A stretch of DNA of 64,000 nt, taken from the NCBI GenBank assembly GCA_040752275.1, contig JBFMFH010000056.1, positions 13,015-77,014 of the forward strand. The letters run 5' to 3'. The notes under the pieces are model-generated. The model had not been told where the DNA came from and did not search any database. It saw only the letters and a program-made list of their open reading frames with translations. This document shows, piece after piece, positions 33,993 through 43,070 of the stretch (within the stretch, counting starts at the first letter, position 1; every line of letters starts with the position of its first letter). The position numbers were made by a program, and so were the translations under genes. The DNA comes from Acidobacteriota bacterium. Its GTDB lineage: Bacteria; Acidobacteriota; Vicinamibacteria; Vicinamibacterales; JAKQTR01.

Positions 33993-35639
33993 CTAGAAGA
34001 CCCCGCACGCCGTCCAGGCCTGTGTGATGGCGGTCTCGACTCCGCTGCCGGCGCCGTAAAGGTCCCGTGCCGCCTGGATCGTGGCGGCGCGGGCGATCGA
34101 GAACGTGGCATTGGCCGGCAGCATCTGAGTGAACGCGCGGAAGAAGACCTTCTCGATCCGGTCGCGGTTGGCCCCGCCCACTCCTTGGACCGCAAGCCCG
34201 GAGGTGCGGTTCACACCGCCCTCGATGGCCAGGTAGAAGGCATGGTTGGCGATGCCCGAGTTGCTGTGGACGCCGCCATTGTCTGCCGGACCAAGGTAGC
34301 GCTTCGAGTAGTGATCCGGATCGCCGAAGGCTCCGGGGTTGGCCATGGACCGGAACCCGCCCATTGGCGAGGTCAGATCTTCGCCCAGCACATAGTCCGC
34401 CCTCATATAGCCGCTTCCGACGTCCTGGAAGTAGAACTCCGCGGAGGTCCCGATGATGTCGGAGAACGCCTCGTTGAGCGCGCCCGGCTCGTTGAGGTAG
34501 ATCAGGTCCGAGGAGTAGTCCGTCACCCCGTGCGTCAACTCGTGGGCGACGACATCGAGTGCCCCGGCGAAGTAGTTCCACCGATACCCACCTGAGGTCA
34601 CCGTGGGGGGCAGCCCTTCGCCGTACACCATGATGCCGCGGCCGGCGTAGAACGCGTTCAGGTAATAGAGGCCGATCACGCTGCCCGGATAGTCGCGCCA
34701 GGCATCGCGGCTGACGGGGTGGACGATGCTCGTCATGCTCCGGTTGTGCCCGTCGAGGCCCAGGCGGTTGAAGCGCTTGTACAGGTAGTCGTAGGTCCAG
34801 CCGGCGTACGCGTGCGCGTCGACCGCCGCCGGATCCTCCCACGTGTTGTCGGCATCGGAGGCGAAGTCGTTGTCGCCGAGCGCAATGAACCCGTTCAGAT
34901 AGGAGCGGGTCCTGGTGAGGTCGCCCTTCATGTCGTAGGTGTAGATGGCCGCCGGACGCAACTGGTCCCACGCGACGAACCGTCCTCCTCGCTCGCTCGT
35001 ACTGAGCTTCTTGGTGTCGCTGTGGACGCCGGTTCCCGAGCCGACAGTCGTCTGGAGATCGCTGTACTGAAACACGACCGCGCCGGAGTGAGCGTCGATG
35101 AAGAAGACGACGATGTCGCTCAGCGTGACGGTACGGGCCCGGTACGCGAGGCCGAAGGTGCCCAGATCCAGCGCCACCACCATTAGCTCGGGCTCATCGT
35201 CGGGACTCGGCATCACGCCTGAGACGTCGGCGACTCTCCGGGCGGCCTCAGAGGGCGTGAGGGTGGGTTCGGCATCGATGTCAATGCCGGTGTAGAGCGT
35301 GCCGAAGATGGAAACGGTCTGCTCCCGTTCCAGCTGCCTGACGAGTTGACCTCCGAACACGGGGACGTCGCGATGGTACTGGTCCAGACGTTCGTGCCGC
35401 CGGCCCGCCACCATCTCGTCATCGTCGGCCCGCCGGAGGCGCAGCTCCCCGTCACGCAGCATCCGCGTGATTCGCGCATCCCACTGCCGCAGTTCGCTGA
35501 TGCGAGGAGCGCGCTCATCCGTACCGATCGCCACGCGCAGGGCGTCCTGGCGAACCTGGGCGATGCCGGATGGCTGAGCGGCGAGTGCCAGCAGACCGAA
35601 GCCGAGCAGCCATCGGCCCAGCCTTCCGTCGGACGTCAT
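33993..35639 (-). CDS. M4 (thermolysin-like) secreted zinc metalloprotease with propeptide
   Basis: VVAHELTHGVTDYSSDLIYLNEPGALNEAFSDI (HExxH + GALNE.FSD), a signal peptide, and the C-terminal GGVHSNSGIANHAFY motif. Confidence 0.9.
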   Translation of the reverse strand: MTSDGRLGRWLLGFGLLALAAQPSGIAQVRQDALRVAIGTDERAPRISELRQWDARITRMLRDGELRLRRADDDEMVAGRRHERLDQYHRDVPVFGGQLVRQLEREQTVSIFGTLYTGIDIDAEPTLTPSEAARRVADVSGVMPSPDDEPELMVVALDLGTFGLAYRARTVTLSDIVVFFIDAHSGAVVFQYSDLQTTVGSGTGVHSDTKKLSTSERGGRFVAWDQLRPAAIYTYDMKGDLTRTRSYLNGFIALGDNDFASDADNTWEDPAAVDAHAYAGWTYDYLYKRFNRLGLDGHNRSMTSIVHPVSRDAWRDYPGSVIGLYYLNAFYAGRGIMVYGEGLPPTVTSGGYRWNYFAGALDVVAHELTHGVTDYSSDLIYLNEPGALNEAFSDIIGTSAEFYFQDVGSGYMRADYVLGEDLTSPMGGFRSMANPGAFGDPDHYSKRYLGPADNGGVHSNSGIANHAFYLAIEGGVNRTSGLAVQGVGGANRDRIEKVFFRAFTQMLPANATFSIARAATIQAARDLYGAGSGVETAITQAWTACGVF

Positions 35640-35741
35640 GCTTCCCTCCCATCGAGCAGCCGCACGCGTGATCCCAGCCTAGGTGACCCCAGATGCGCTG
35701 TCAACAAGATCAGCGACCATCAACGCGAGCGAGCTCCGGGA

Positions 35742-37133
35742 TCAGGCGGCGGCGACCTCCAGGTAGGGCAGTGGGTCGATACCCACTACGGCCGGATCGA
35801 GCGGCGTGACGATCTGGGGCGGCGGTCCGGCGGGGCCGTCGTCCTCCCAGAGTGCTACGTCGAAGGGTTGCTCGAGGCGGCGTCCGTCCGGTTCGGTCAA
35901 CACCCGAACGGCCGGCCGCGCCGGATCGGGCGCGTGCGTGCGCACAACGACGGCGATGCTGCCGGTATCCAGCCGGACGAGGCTGCCAGGCGGGTAGATG
36001 CCCATGAGCTGCGCGAAGCGGCGCACGAGGCGCTGATCGAAGCGCTGATTGTCGGCCTGTTGCAGGACGGTGAGAATGCGGTCGGTCGGGAATGCCTCCT
36101 GGTACGCGCGCTGGGAGCGCATCGCGTCGTAGACATCGGCGATGCTGCACAGCTGCGTGGCCACGTTGAGGGCCGTCCGGCTCACGCCGGTCGGATAGCC
36201 CGTGCCGTCGACGCGCAGGTGGTGTTCGAAGGCGACAACGGCGGCGAGCGGCGGCATCTCGAGCTGCCGTCTCAGGATCTCGGCGCCGTCCACCGGGTGG
36301 CGCTTCATGATGGTGAACTCGTCGTCAGTCAGCTTGCTCGTCTTCTTGAGGACCTCGGCCGGCGTCTTGATCTTGCCGATGTCGTGCATCAGGCCCGCGA
36401 GGCCGAACTGCCTGAGGGCCGCTCCCTCGATGCCGAGGCTCTGCGCCTGCGCGATTGTCAGGACGCTGACGTTCACCATGTGCGTGAAGGTGTAGTTGTC
36501 GTACCGGCACAGGGCGGTCAGGGCCACCATCGCCCGGCGGTTCTGGCCAACGGCCTGTGCCAGCCCCTCCACCACCGTCTTGGCGAGCGCGGGATCGACC
36601 GAACCCTCGGCGGCGGATTGGTACCATAGCTGCTCCGCCTGTCCGACGGCGTTGTCGTAGAGCTGTCGAGCCTCGTGGACGTTGCTGCCGACCTCCGACT
36701 GGACGCGCCTCTGCAGCTGCAGGCGCCCGACCCTGGTGTGCGGCCCCGTATTGATGGGCGCGGCGGCGTCTCCCGGATTGCGGCGGGCGGCCGCAGACAC
36801 CAGACTGGCCAGGAAGGCCAGCAGTTCCTCGCGCGTCACACCCTTTTCGATGGTGATGCGCTCGACGTCGGCCGCGCGCAGCCGCTCAATCGCCTCTGCC
36901 GCGCCGACGGACTTGGGCATCGGCACGTCGTTCACGATCACCTGGCCCTCGAGGATCCCCACGATGAGGGCTTCCCCTTCCGCGTGAATCCGATCCATGC
37001 TCTCGAGCAATTGCTCGAGGGCCCGATCCAGGATGGGATGGCCCATCCCGTAGAGGACGATGCCCTTGACGGCACCGGCCAATCGCTTCAGGACCTCTTC
37101 GGCCGTGTGGATGCGGCGCAGGTCGGTACTCAT
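35742..37133 (-). CDS. HD-GYP domain protein (putative c-di-GMP phosphodiesterase), copy 1
   Basis: LMHDIGKIKTP, HHLRVDGTGYP, DVYDAMRSQRAY. N-terminal LYxxxHP module. The start at 37133 forms an ATGA overlap with the upstream HEAT gene. The 865-aa track ORF was rejected. Confidence 0.88.
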   Translation of the reverse strand: MSTDLRRIHTAEEVLKRLAGAVKGIVLYGMGHPILDRALEQLLESMDRIHAEGEALIVGILEGQVIVNDVPMPKSVGAAEAIERLRAADVERITIEKGVTREELLAFLASLVSAAARRNPGDAAAPINTGPHTRVGRLQLQRRVQSEVGSNVHEARQLYDNAVGQAEQLWYQSAAEGSVDPALAKTVVEGLAQAVGQNRRAMVALTALCRYDNYTFTHMVNVSVLTIAQAQSLGIEGAALRQFGLAGLMHDIGKIKTPAEVLKKTSKLTDDEFTIMKRHPVDGAEILRRQLEMPPLAAVVAFEHHLRVDGTGYPTGVSRTALNVATQLCSIADVYDAMRSQRAYQEAFPTDRILTVLQQADNQRFDQRLVRRFAQLMGIYPPGSLVRLDTGSIAVVVRTHAPDPARPAVRVLTEPDGRRLEQPFDVALWEDDGPAGPPPQIVTPLDPAVVGIDPLPYLEVAAA

Positions 37134-39382
37134 GCCTGGACTCCCGATCGACTGCCCGCCGGCACGCGTTCTCTGAGGGCCGATCGCGCGGCCGACCGCG
37201 TGCCCCGGGCGCCGTTGGCGGCGGCGGCCTCCAGCTGTTCGATGGCCCGTACCGACCCGATGCGGGCGAGCGCACCGGCCGCCTGCCGGCGGAGCGAGGC
37301 CGTCATGAAGGGCGCGAACAGCCACCCACGGCGCAAGACGTGCCCGAGAGCGTCGATGGCCTCGCGGCTGTCCGACTCGCCGAGGCGCTGCAGGGCCTTC
37401 TCGTGCACGTCGCGCATCCCGCCGCGGGGAGTCGTCTGCTCCGCCACGAAGGCCAGCACCGGGACGGCGTCGGCGAGCGGAAGCGACCACAGGACGTTCA
37501 CCACGATCCCCCGGGTTTCGTTGGTACCGCGTACGAGGGCGTTGGCGAGGATCTGGAACGCGGGCTCGATGCCCAGCATCGCGATCGCGCGGGTGGCCTC
37601 CCGCTGAACGTGCGGGGCTCTGTCGTTCAGCAGCGACTCGAGCTCCGGAAGCGCGTCGTGTCCGCCGAACTCTCGCAGCAGCACGACGGCCGTCCGGCGG
37701 ACGGCGGCGTTGCTCGACTGCATCAGGCGTTCCACCGCCTGGCGGCCTGCCGGGCCGTAGGACACGAGCAGGGCGACCAGGTGGTTCCGCGAGCGCGTGC
37801 GCTCTTCGCGCGCCAGCGTCTGGGCCAGCGGTCCGACGGCGCTCGTGCCGATGGCGCGGCACATGCGCTCGGCCGCAGACGCCAGGCGCTCGTCCGAGGT
37901 GTCGAGGTGCGATGCGAGGTGCCGCATCGCGGCCGGATCCAGCACCTGCTCCAGGGCGGCCGACGCGGCCGCCTGGAGGGCATGGCCGCTCTCCGGATCG
38001 GCGCGCGCGGCAATGGCCTCGGTGAGACCGGCTGCGGTCTGAAGGTCGCCGAGCACGATGCAGACCTGGATGCGCGACACCACCAAGTCGGCAAGTTCCC
38101 GCCAGGGGCCGGGCTCTGTCCGCAGGCCGAGCAGATCCACCAGGAGCTGGGCGTCCAGCAGGCGCACGGCATCGTCGCTGACGGTCGAGGCCCACCGCGC
38201 CAGACGCTCGGGCGGATCGGTCCGAGCCTGATCGAGCTCGACGGCGCGGCGCGAGGCGGCCTGCAACTCGCTCGTGTAGGGATCGCCGACATACGAATCG
38301 TGGTCGTACGTGCTCAGGAGCTGTTCCGCCTGGCGCCACATCTGATCGGTGGCCGAATCCTCGAAGGCCGAGGACTTCTGCAGAATCTCGCGGGCCAACG
38401 CCAGGATCGCCTCCCGGCGGTCGATGTCCGGCGCGATGCCCCAGACGGCGCCGGCGAGGTCGGGCGACGTCCCACGGTTGTTGCGAACCTCAGACACGAT
38501 CGCCTGCGCCACGGTCGCATCCTTGATGCGAACCGCGAGGTTCTCGACGAAGCCAGCCAGTTCAGGGCGATCGACCAGTCTGCGTGCCCCCATCAGGCCG
38601 GCCAGCGTGCCCATCGGGAGCCGAGCCGCGGCATCGGCCATGCCGCAGAGCACCGCCTCGAGGCGCTGCGGCTGGACCTGGGCGACGAACGTCGCGACGG
38701 CGTGGAGCAGGCCGCCAACGATCAGCGCCCCGCGTCCCGTGCCGCCCGACGTTCGCTCCTCGACGGCCGCGACGAGTTCCCCCGCCCGCTCCGGGTCGTT
38801 CAGGACGTCCAGCAGCAGATCCACGACCCATTCGTCGAGGGCGAGGGACTCGCCGGCGAGGCACTGCGCGATGATGGCCTCCCATGTGGCGGGTTCCCCC
38901 TTGATCGACTCCCGAAGCAGCTCGCGGTAGTCGAGCTGTTTCACCGCGATGGCCGGCTCGGCTTCCGATGCCCACAGCTTCACGATGCCGCCTCGACCAC
39001 GTGCCTGATCGGGCTGGATGGAGACGAGCGCGAGGAATCGCTGCCAGACGTCGGCGGGCGTGTCAGGCTGAATCGTCACCTGTGCCACCAGGTGTCGATG
39101 CAGAAGGTCGGCGAAGTCCGTGACTGCCTGGTCCCTTCGGGCCAGCGGATGCCCGCCGACCAGCAGCGAATCGGGCAGCACCGAGAGGTGCAGGGGCCCG
39201 GCCGAGGTGACCTGCGTCGTGGCCGTCGCGACCGCCGCGAGCGCGGCGGCGATGTTCGGGTGTTCCGCCGGATACAGGGCCAGGACGCGCGCCGCCGACC
39301 GGCAGGCCTTCACCAGGTTGACCAGGGGCGCCGCCTCAACGGCGGAGAGGGTGTTCGCGACCGCGTCGGCGCCGTGAGTCAT
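37130..39382 (-). CDS. HEAT/armadillo-repeat protein (750 aa), copy 1
   Basis: C-terminal HEAT units (AVRRTAVVLLREFGGHDALPELESLLNDRAPHVQREATRAIAMLG). N-terminal LVKACRSAARVLALYPAEHP module. ATGA overlaps at both ends. Confidence 0.75.
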   Translation of the reverse strand: MTHGADAVANTLSAVEAAPLVNLVKACRSAARVLALYPAEHPNIAAALAAVATATTQVTSAGPLHLSVLPDSLLVGGHPLARRDQAVTDFADLLHRHLVAQVTIQPDTPADVWQRFLALVSIQPDQARGRGGIVKLWASEAEPAIAVKQLDYRELLRESIKGEPATWEAIIAQCLAGESLALDEWVVDLLLDVLNDPERAGELVAAVEERTSGGTGRGALIVGGLLHAVATFVAQVQPQRLEAVLCGMADAAARLPMGTLAGLMGARRLVDRPELAGFVENLAVRIKDATVAQAIVSEVRNNRGTSPDLAGAVWGIAPDIDRREAILALAREILQKSSAFEDSATDQMWRQAEQLLSTYDHDSYVGDPYTSELQAASRRAVELDQARTDPPERLARWASTVSDDAVRLLDAQLLVDLLGLRTEPGPWRELADLVVSRIQVCIVLGDLQTAAGLTEAIAARADPESGHALQAAASAALEQVLDPAAMRHLASHLDTSDERLASAAERMCRAIGTSAVGPLAQTLAREERTRSRNHLVALLVSYGPAGRQAVERLMQSSNAAVRRTAVVLLREFGGHDALPELESLLNDRAPHVQREATRAIAMLGIEPAFQILANALVRGTNETRGIVVNVLWSLPLADAVPVLAFVAEQTTPRGGMRDVHEKALQRLGESDSREAIDALGHVLRRGWLFAPFMTASLRRQAAGALARIGSVRAIEQLEAAAANGARGTRSAARSALRERVPAGSRSGVQA

Positions 39383-40737
39383 GCAGCCAACACCGTGATT
39401 GGGTCGACGCCCACGTCGTCCTGGTTCACGGCCTCCATGACGGAGTATTGGAATCGTCCGCGGGCGTCCCGGTCGGAGGTGTCCACGACGAGGGGCTCGG
39501 GCAGCCGATACCCCCGCCGGTCGAGGACGATCTTCACCTTCGGGCGGAACGGATCACGTGCGTGCTCGCCGATGACGACGCCCACTTCGCCCAGCTCCAG
39601 GCGGACGAGCGTGCCGACGGGAAAGGCGCCCATCAAGGTGACGAAGCGCTGCAGCAGCGTCGACTCGAAGGTCGTGCCCGACTGCTCGTCCAGCATGACC
39701 CGCACGCGTGCGGCCGGGAGTTCGTCGCGATAGGCCCGCTTCGTGCGCAGGGCGTCGAACACGTCAGCGATGCTGACGAGCATCGTGCAGAGGTTCAAGG
39801 TCCGGTGCCCGATTCTCTCTGGATACCCGCTGAGATCCTGCTTCAGGTGGTGCTCGAACGCCACGACAGCCGCGAGCGACGGCATCTCCGGGGTCCGTCG
39901 CAGGATCTGGGCGCCATCGACGACATGGCGCTTCATGATGTCCATTTCCTCGCCGGTCAGGCGCCCGGGCTTGCCGAGAATCTCGGCGGGCGTCTTGACC
40001 TTGCCGATGTCGTGCATCAGGCCGGCGAGGCCGAACTCGCGCAAGAGCGGCCCGGTGATCCCGAGCGTCCGGGCCTGAGCCATCGTGAGCAGCGACACGT
40101 TCACCATGTGGGTGAAGGTGTAGGTGTCGTGGCTCTTGAGCGAGGTGAGCGCCATCATGGACGTCCGGTCCTGCGAGACCGCCGTGGCGAGGGCGTCGAT
40201 GATGGTGCGAGCGGCCGCCGGGTCCGGCTCCTCGCCGGCCGTGGCGGCGCCCCAGACCGACTCCGCCGCGCTGACGGCCGTTCCGTAGACCCGCTGCGCC
40301 GTCGAGAGGCCCAGGTGCTCGATGGGCATGGCTTCTTCGGGGGCGATCGTCCCGACGCCGATTCCCTTGACGCCAACCGCGGCAAGCCGCTCGAACACCG
40401 GCTGGGCGCTGCGCTCTGCCATCACCGCGACGAAGGACCGGAGCCCAGACACGCCCATGTCCCGCGAGAACGAGACCTTGTCGACGCGGCGATCGCGGAA
40501 GTGCCGGACGATGCTCGAGAGGGCGGGGTTTCTCAACCGGGTCCGGCCCACGATCACGTCTGAGCCCAGGAAGCCGATCGTGACGGTCGGGGCCTCCGTG
40601 AAGTGTGCCTCGAACGAACCCGTCAGGATTTCGACGCTGCGCGAGACGATCGGATGCGTGGGAGCGTAAAGGCTCGAGGCCCGAATGGCAGCCCCGAGGC
40701 GCTTGACGAGTTCTTCGGCGCCGCGTGTCGAATCCAT
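39379..40737 (-). CDS. HD-GYP domain protein (putative c-di-GMP phosphodiesterase), copy 2
   Basis: LMHDIGKVKTP, HHLKQDLSGYP, DVFDALRTKRAY. N-terminal LVKRLGAAIRASSLYAPTHP. The start lies 1 nt after the upstream stop. Confidence 0.88.
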   Translation of the reverse strand: MDSTRGAEELVKRLGAAIRASSLYAPTHPIVSRSVEILTGSFEAHFTEAPTVTIGFLGSDVIVGRTRLRNPALSSIVRHFRDRRVDKVSFSRDMGVSGLRSFVAVMAERSAQPVFERLAAVGVKGIGVGTIAPEEAMPIEHLGLSTAQRVYGTAVSAAESVWGAATAGEEPDPAAARTIIDALATAVSQDRTSMMALTSLKSHDTYTFTHMVNVSLLTMAQARTLGITGPLLREFGLAGLMHDIGKVKTPAEILGKPGRLTGEEMDIMKRHVVDGAQILRRTPEMPSLAAVVAFEHHLKQDLSGYPERIGHRTLNLCTMLVSIADVFDALRTKRAYRDELPAARVRVMLDEQSGTTFESTLLQRFVTLMGAFPVGTLVRLELGEVGVVIGEHARDPFRPKVKIVLDRRGYRLPEPLVVDTSDRDARGRFQYSVMEAVNQDDVGVDPITVLAA

Positions 40738-40738
40738 C

Positions 40739-42991
40739 TCAGGCCTCTCCTCGCAGGGCCTCACGGGCCAGTCGCCTCAGGGCGCGATCGCCGCGTCGGG
40801 CCAGCATCGTGATGGCGTCGCGCGCCGCCGGCGTGTCGATGTGGTTCAGGACACCGAGCACGCCGTGCCGCAGTTCCCGCGTCTTCGCGCGGGCGAACCA
40901 GCGGCGCGCTCGGGCCACGCCGACAAGGCTCTCGATGGCGGACTCGTCCCCGATAATGCGCAGCGCCGCCAGCGTTCTGAGAGCCAAGTCGAAGTCGGCG
41001 CCGAGCACGTCCAGGTGAGGAAGCAGGCCCGCAACCACCGGGGACGCGCGACGGTCGCGGCTGGCGGCGAGCGCATCGATCGCCATGTCCCGGACGCCGG
41101 GGCCGCCCATCGTCAGAATCCGCGAGATGGCCTTGGGGGCGGCCGGGTCGTCGAGCTTGATGAGCGCCGCAATGGCCTCACGGGCCCGGCGCAGATCCTG
41201 ATCCCTCGCAATGGGGAGGAGCAGCACGACGGCGTCGCGTGCCCCCAACCGGCCCAGCAGTTGAATCGCGCCCCGCGCGACCTGCCAGTCTGGCTCGTGG
41301 GCCAGGCGGCCGAGCGCCGAGATCCCGTCCTCTCGGAAGGCGCTCAGGATCCCGCACAGGCGCTCCCGGACATCATCCTGCACCGACGCTGCGTAGGTCG
41401 AGACGAGGCCACGGATGACACCCGGGCCCACGGCCAGGCAGAGTCGGACCAGGTCGCCGAACTGGTCCGTGTCGAGATCGCCGGCCGCGGCGAGCATCTC
41501 GGCCAGCGCCGGCGAGGAGGCGATGGATTCGAGGGCGAGACGCGCGGCCAGCGCCCGCCCGCTCCTGGCGCCTCCGCCCGCCGCCTGCAGGGCCGTGGCC
41601 ACCCGAAGAGCCTCGCTGAGATCGCCGGACAGCAGCAGGTCGCCCACCAGCACCGCGAGGTCACCGGCGGTCTCCGTCAGGGCAGCCGGGTGATCCTCCA
41701 GACTGAAGAGATCGAGCAGGAGCGTCACCGAGAGGGTTCGAACCGAATCCGACGACACGGTCTGCATCCAGTCGTCGAGTTCGACTGGCACATCGAGCAT
41801 CAGCCGGCGCGACCGCGCTTCGGCTTGGTCGAGGCTGGCCGAGTAGCCGTCGGAGACGTAGGTGACGTCTGCCGGGCCGCTCATGAACCGCTGCAGCGAT
41901 GCCCACGCCGTCTCCAGGCCCGACGCGTTGTCGGCTGGCGTGCTCATCGATTGGGCGAGCCGCACGACGCGGTCGCGGCGATCCGACTCTGGGGTCAGGG
42001 TACTCAGGGCCGCAGCCATCCGCCCGCTGGCCCGACCTTCGGCCGCCAGCGATCGTGCCAGCATCGTGGCAATCTGCCCGTCATCGAAGTGGCGGCCCAG
42101 GGTCGCGGTCAGGTCGGATCCGAGGCCCGATTCGGCCGACTCCGCGATTGCCCGCATCATCAGCGCGGGGTCAAGGCGGCCGGCGGCCTTGGCCACGTTC
42201 TTGACCGCTACGCTCAGGTCGTCGGGCGCATTGGTTCGGACGGTGCTCACCAGATGTTCGAACGTGGCCAGGATCGTCGCTGCCTGTGCGGCCGCCAGCG
42301 CGGATCCGGACGGCGCGGTGTGAACCGACGCGGCCTGGCTGGCGAGCATCTGGATCGATTCCGCGGAGCGGGCGATGTCGACGAGGCGCTTCTGCGCCGG
42401 GGCATCGGCCGACGGGCGTCCGCCAGCAATCGACCGGACTAGAGCGGTCCAGACGTCGTCCTGGGAGGCGGACCTGCCGCCATCGCCACCCCCGCTACCG
42501 GCGCCGCCAGACGCCCGGCCGGCCGGGGTCGCCGCCAGGATCGAGTCGTAGTCGAGCTGGTCGACTTCGAGCCAACGGTGACCGAAGTGCTCCCAGACGC
42601 GGGCCGGTCCGCCGCGCTTCCGGAGTGTATTCCCGTCGAAGCCGAGTAGCTGCAGGAAGTCGCTGGCTTCGTTGAGAGCCGGCGCACTGCGGACGCGGAG
42701 CCGGAGGAGGTCGCGTTCGTGCAGGAGTGCGGCCGCCTCGCCCGTCCGCTCGTCCGGCGCGAGGACTTCGCCGTTCGCCATCAGGGCCGCCGGTGTGATC
42801 CCGAGTTCGAGACCACCGTGGCCGGCTAGCTGCGCAAAGGCGGTCCGAAGGCGCTCGGCCGCGGCCATGGCGGCCGGGTGGTCGGCCGTGTAGAGCTGCC
42901 GGGCGCGGGCGGCCGCGACGAGCATCCGGGCGAACGCCCGGACATCACGAATGGTCTCGGCGGGGACGAGGGTTGACGACACCACAGGCAT
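40739..42991 (-). CDS. HEAT/armadillo-repeat protein (750 aa from the ATG at 42991), copy 2
   Basis: A paralog of 37130-39382 with shared N-terminal ...LYTADHP..., VDQLDYDSIL versus VKQLDYRELL, and C-terminal HEAT-like units. The start was chosen because it gives a length identical to the paralog. Confidence 0.7.
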   Translation of the reverse strand: MPVVSSTLVPAETIRDVRAFARMLVAAARARQLYTADHPAAMAAAERLRTAFAQLAGHGGLELGITPAALMANGEVLAPDERTGEAAALLHERDLLRLRVRSAPALNEASDFLQLLGFDGNTLRKRGGPARVWEHFGHRWLEVDQLDYDSILAATPAGRASGGAGSGGGDGGRSASQDDVWTALVRSIAGGRPSADAPAQKRLVDIARSAESIQMLASQAASVHTAPSGSALAAAQAATILATFEHLVSTVRTNAPDDLSVAVKNVAKAAGRLDPALMMRAIAESAESGLGSDLTATLGRHFDDGQIATMLARSLAAEGRASGRMAAALSTLTPESDRRDRVVRLAQSMSTPADNASGLETAWASLQRFMSGPADVTYVSDGYSASLDQAEARSRRLMLDVPVELDDWMQTVSSDSVRTLSVTLLLDLFSLEDHPAALTETAGDLAVLVGDLLLSGDLSEALRVATALQAAGGGARSGRALAARLALESIASSPALAEMLAAAGDLDTDQFGDLVRLCLAVGPGVIRGLVSTYAASVQDDVRERLCGILSAFREDGISALGRLAHEPDWQVARGAIQLLGRLGARDAVVLLLPIARDQDLRRAREAIAALIKLDDPAAPKAISRILTMGGPGVRDMAIDALAASRDRRASPVVAGLLPHLDVLGADFDLALRTLAALRIIGDESAIESLVGVARARRWFARAKTRELRHGVLGVLNHIDTPAARDAITMLARRGDRALRRLAREALRGEA

Positions 42992-43070
42992 AGCTCGGGC
43001 GCCCTCGACGGGGGTGCCTCTAGAGGTATCGGCCCAAGGGCCAGGAACTTTCGCTATACTGCTGGCTTCC

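Noticed and set aside
37134-38339. N-terminal 400 aa of the 865-aa track ORF 35742-38339
   Set aside because: This part is out of frame with, and overlaps, the HEAT-repeat gene, and it is Arg/Pro/Gly-rich nonsense. The HD-GYP protein starts at the ATG at 37133 (MSTDLRR), which forms an ATGA overlap with the upstream stop.
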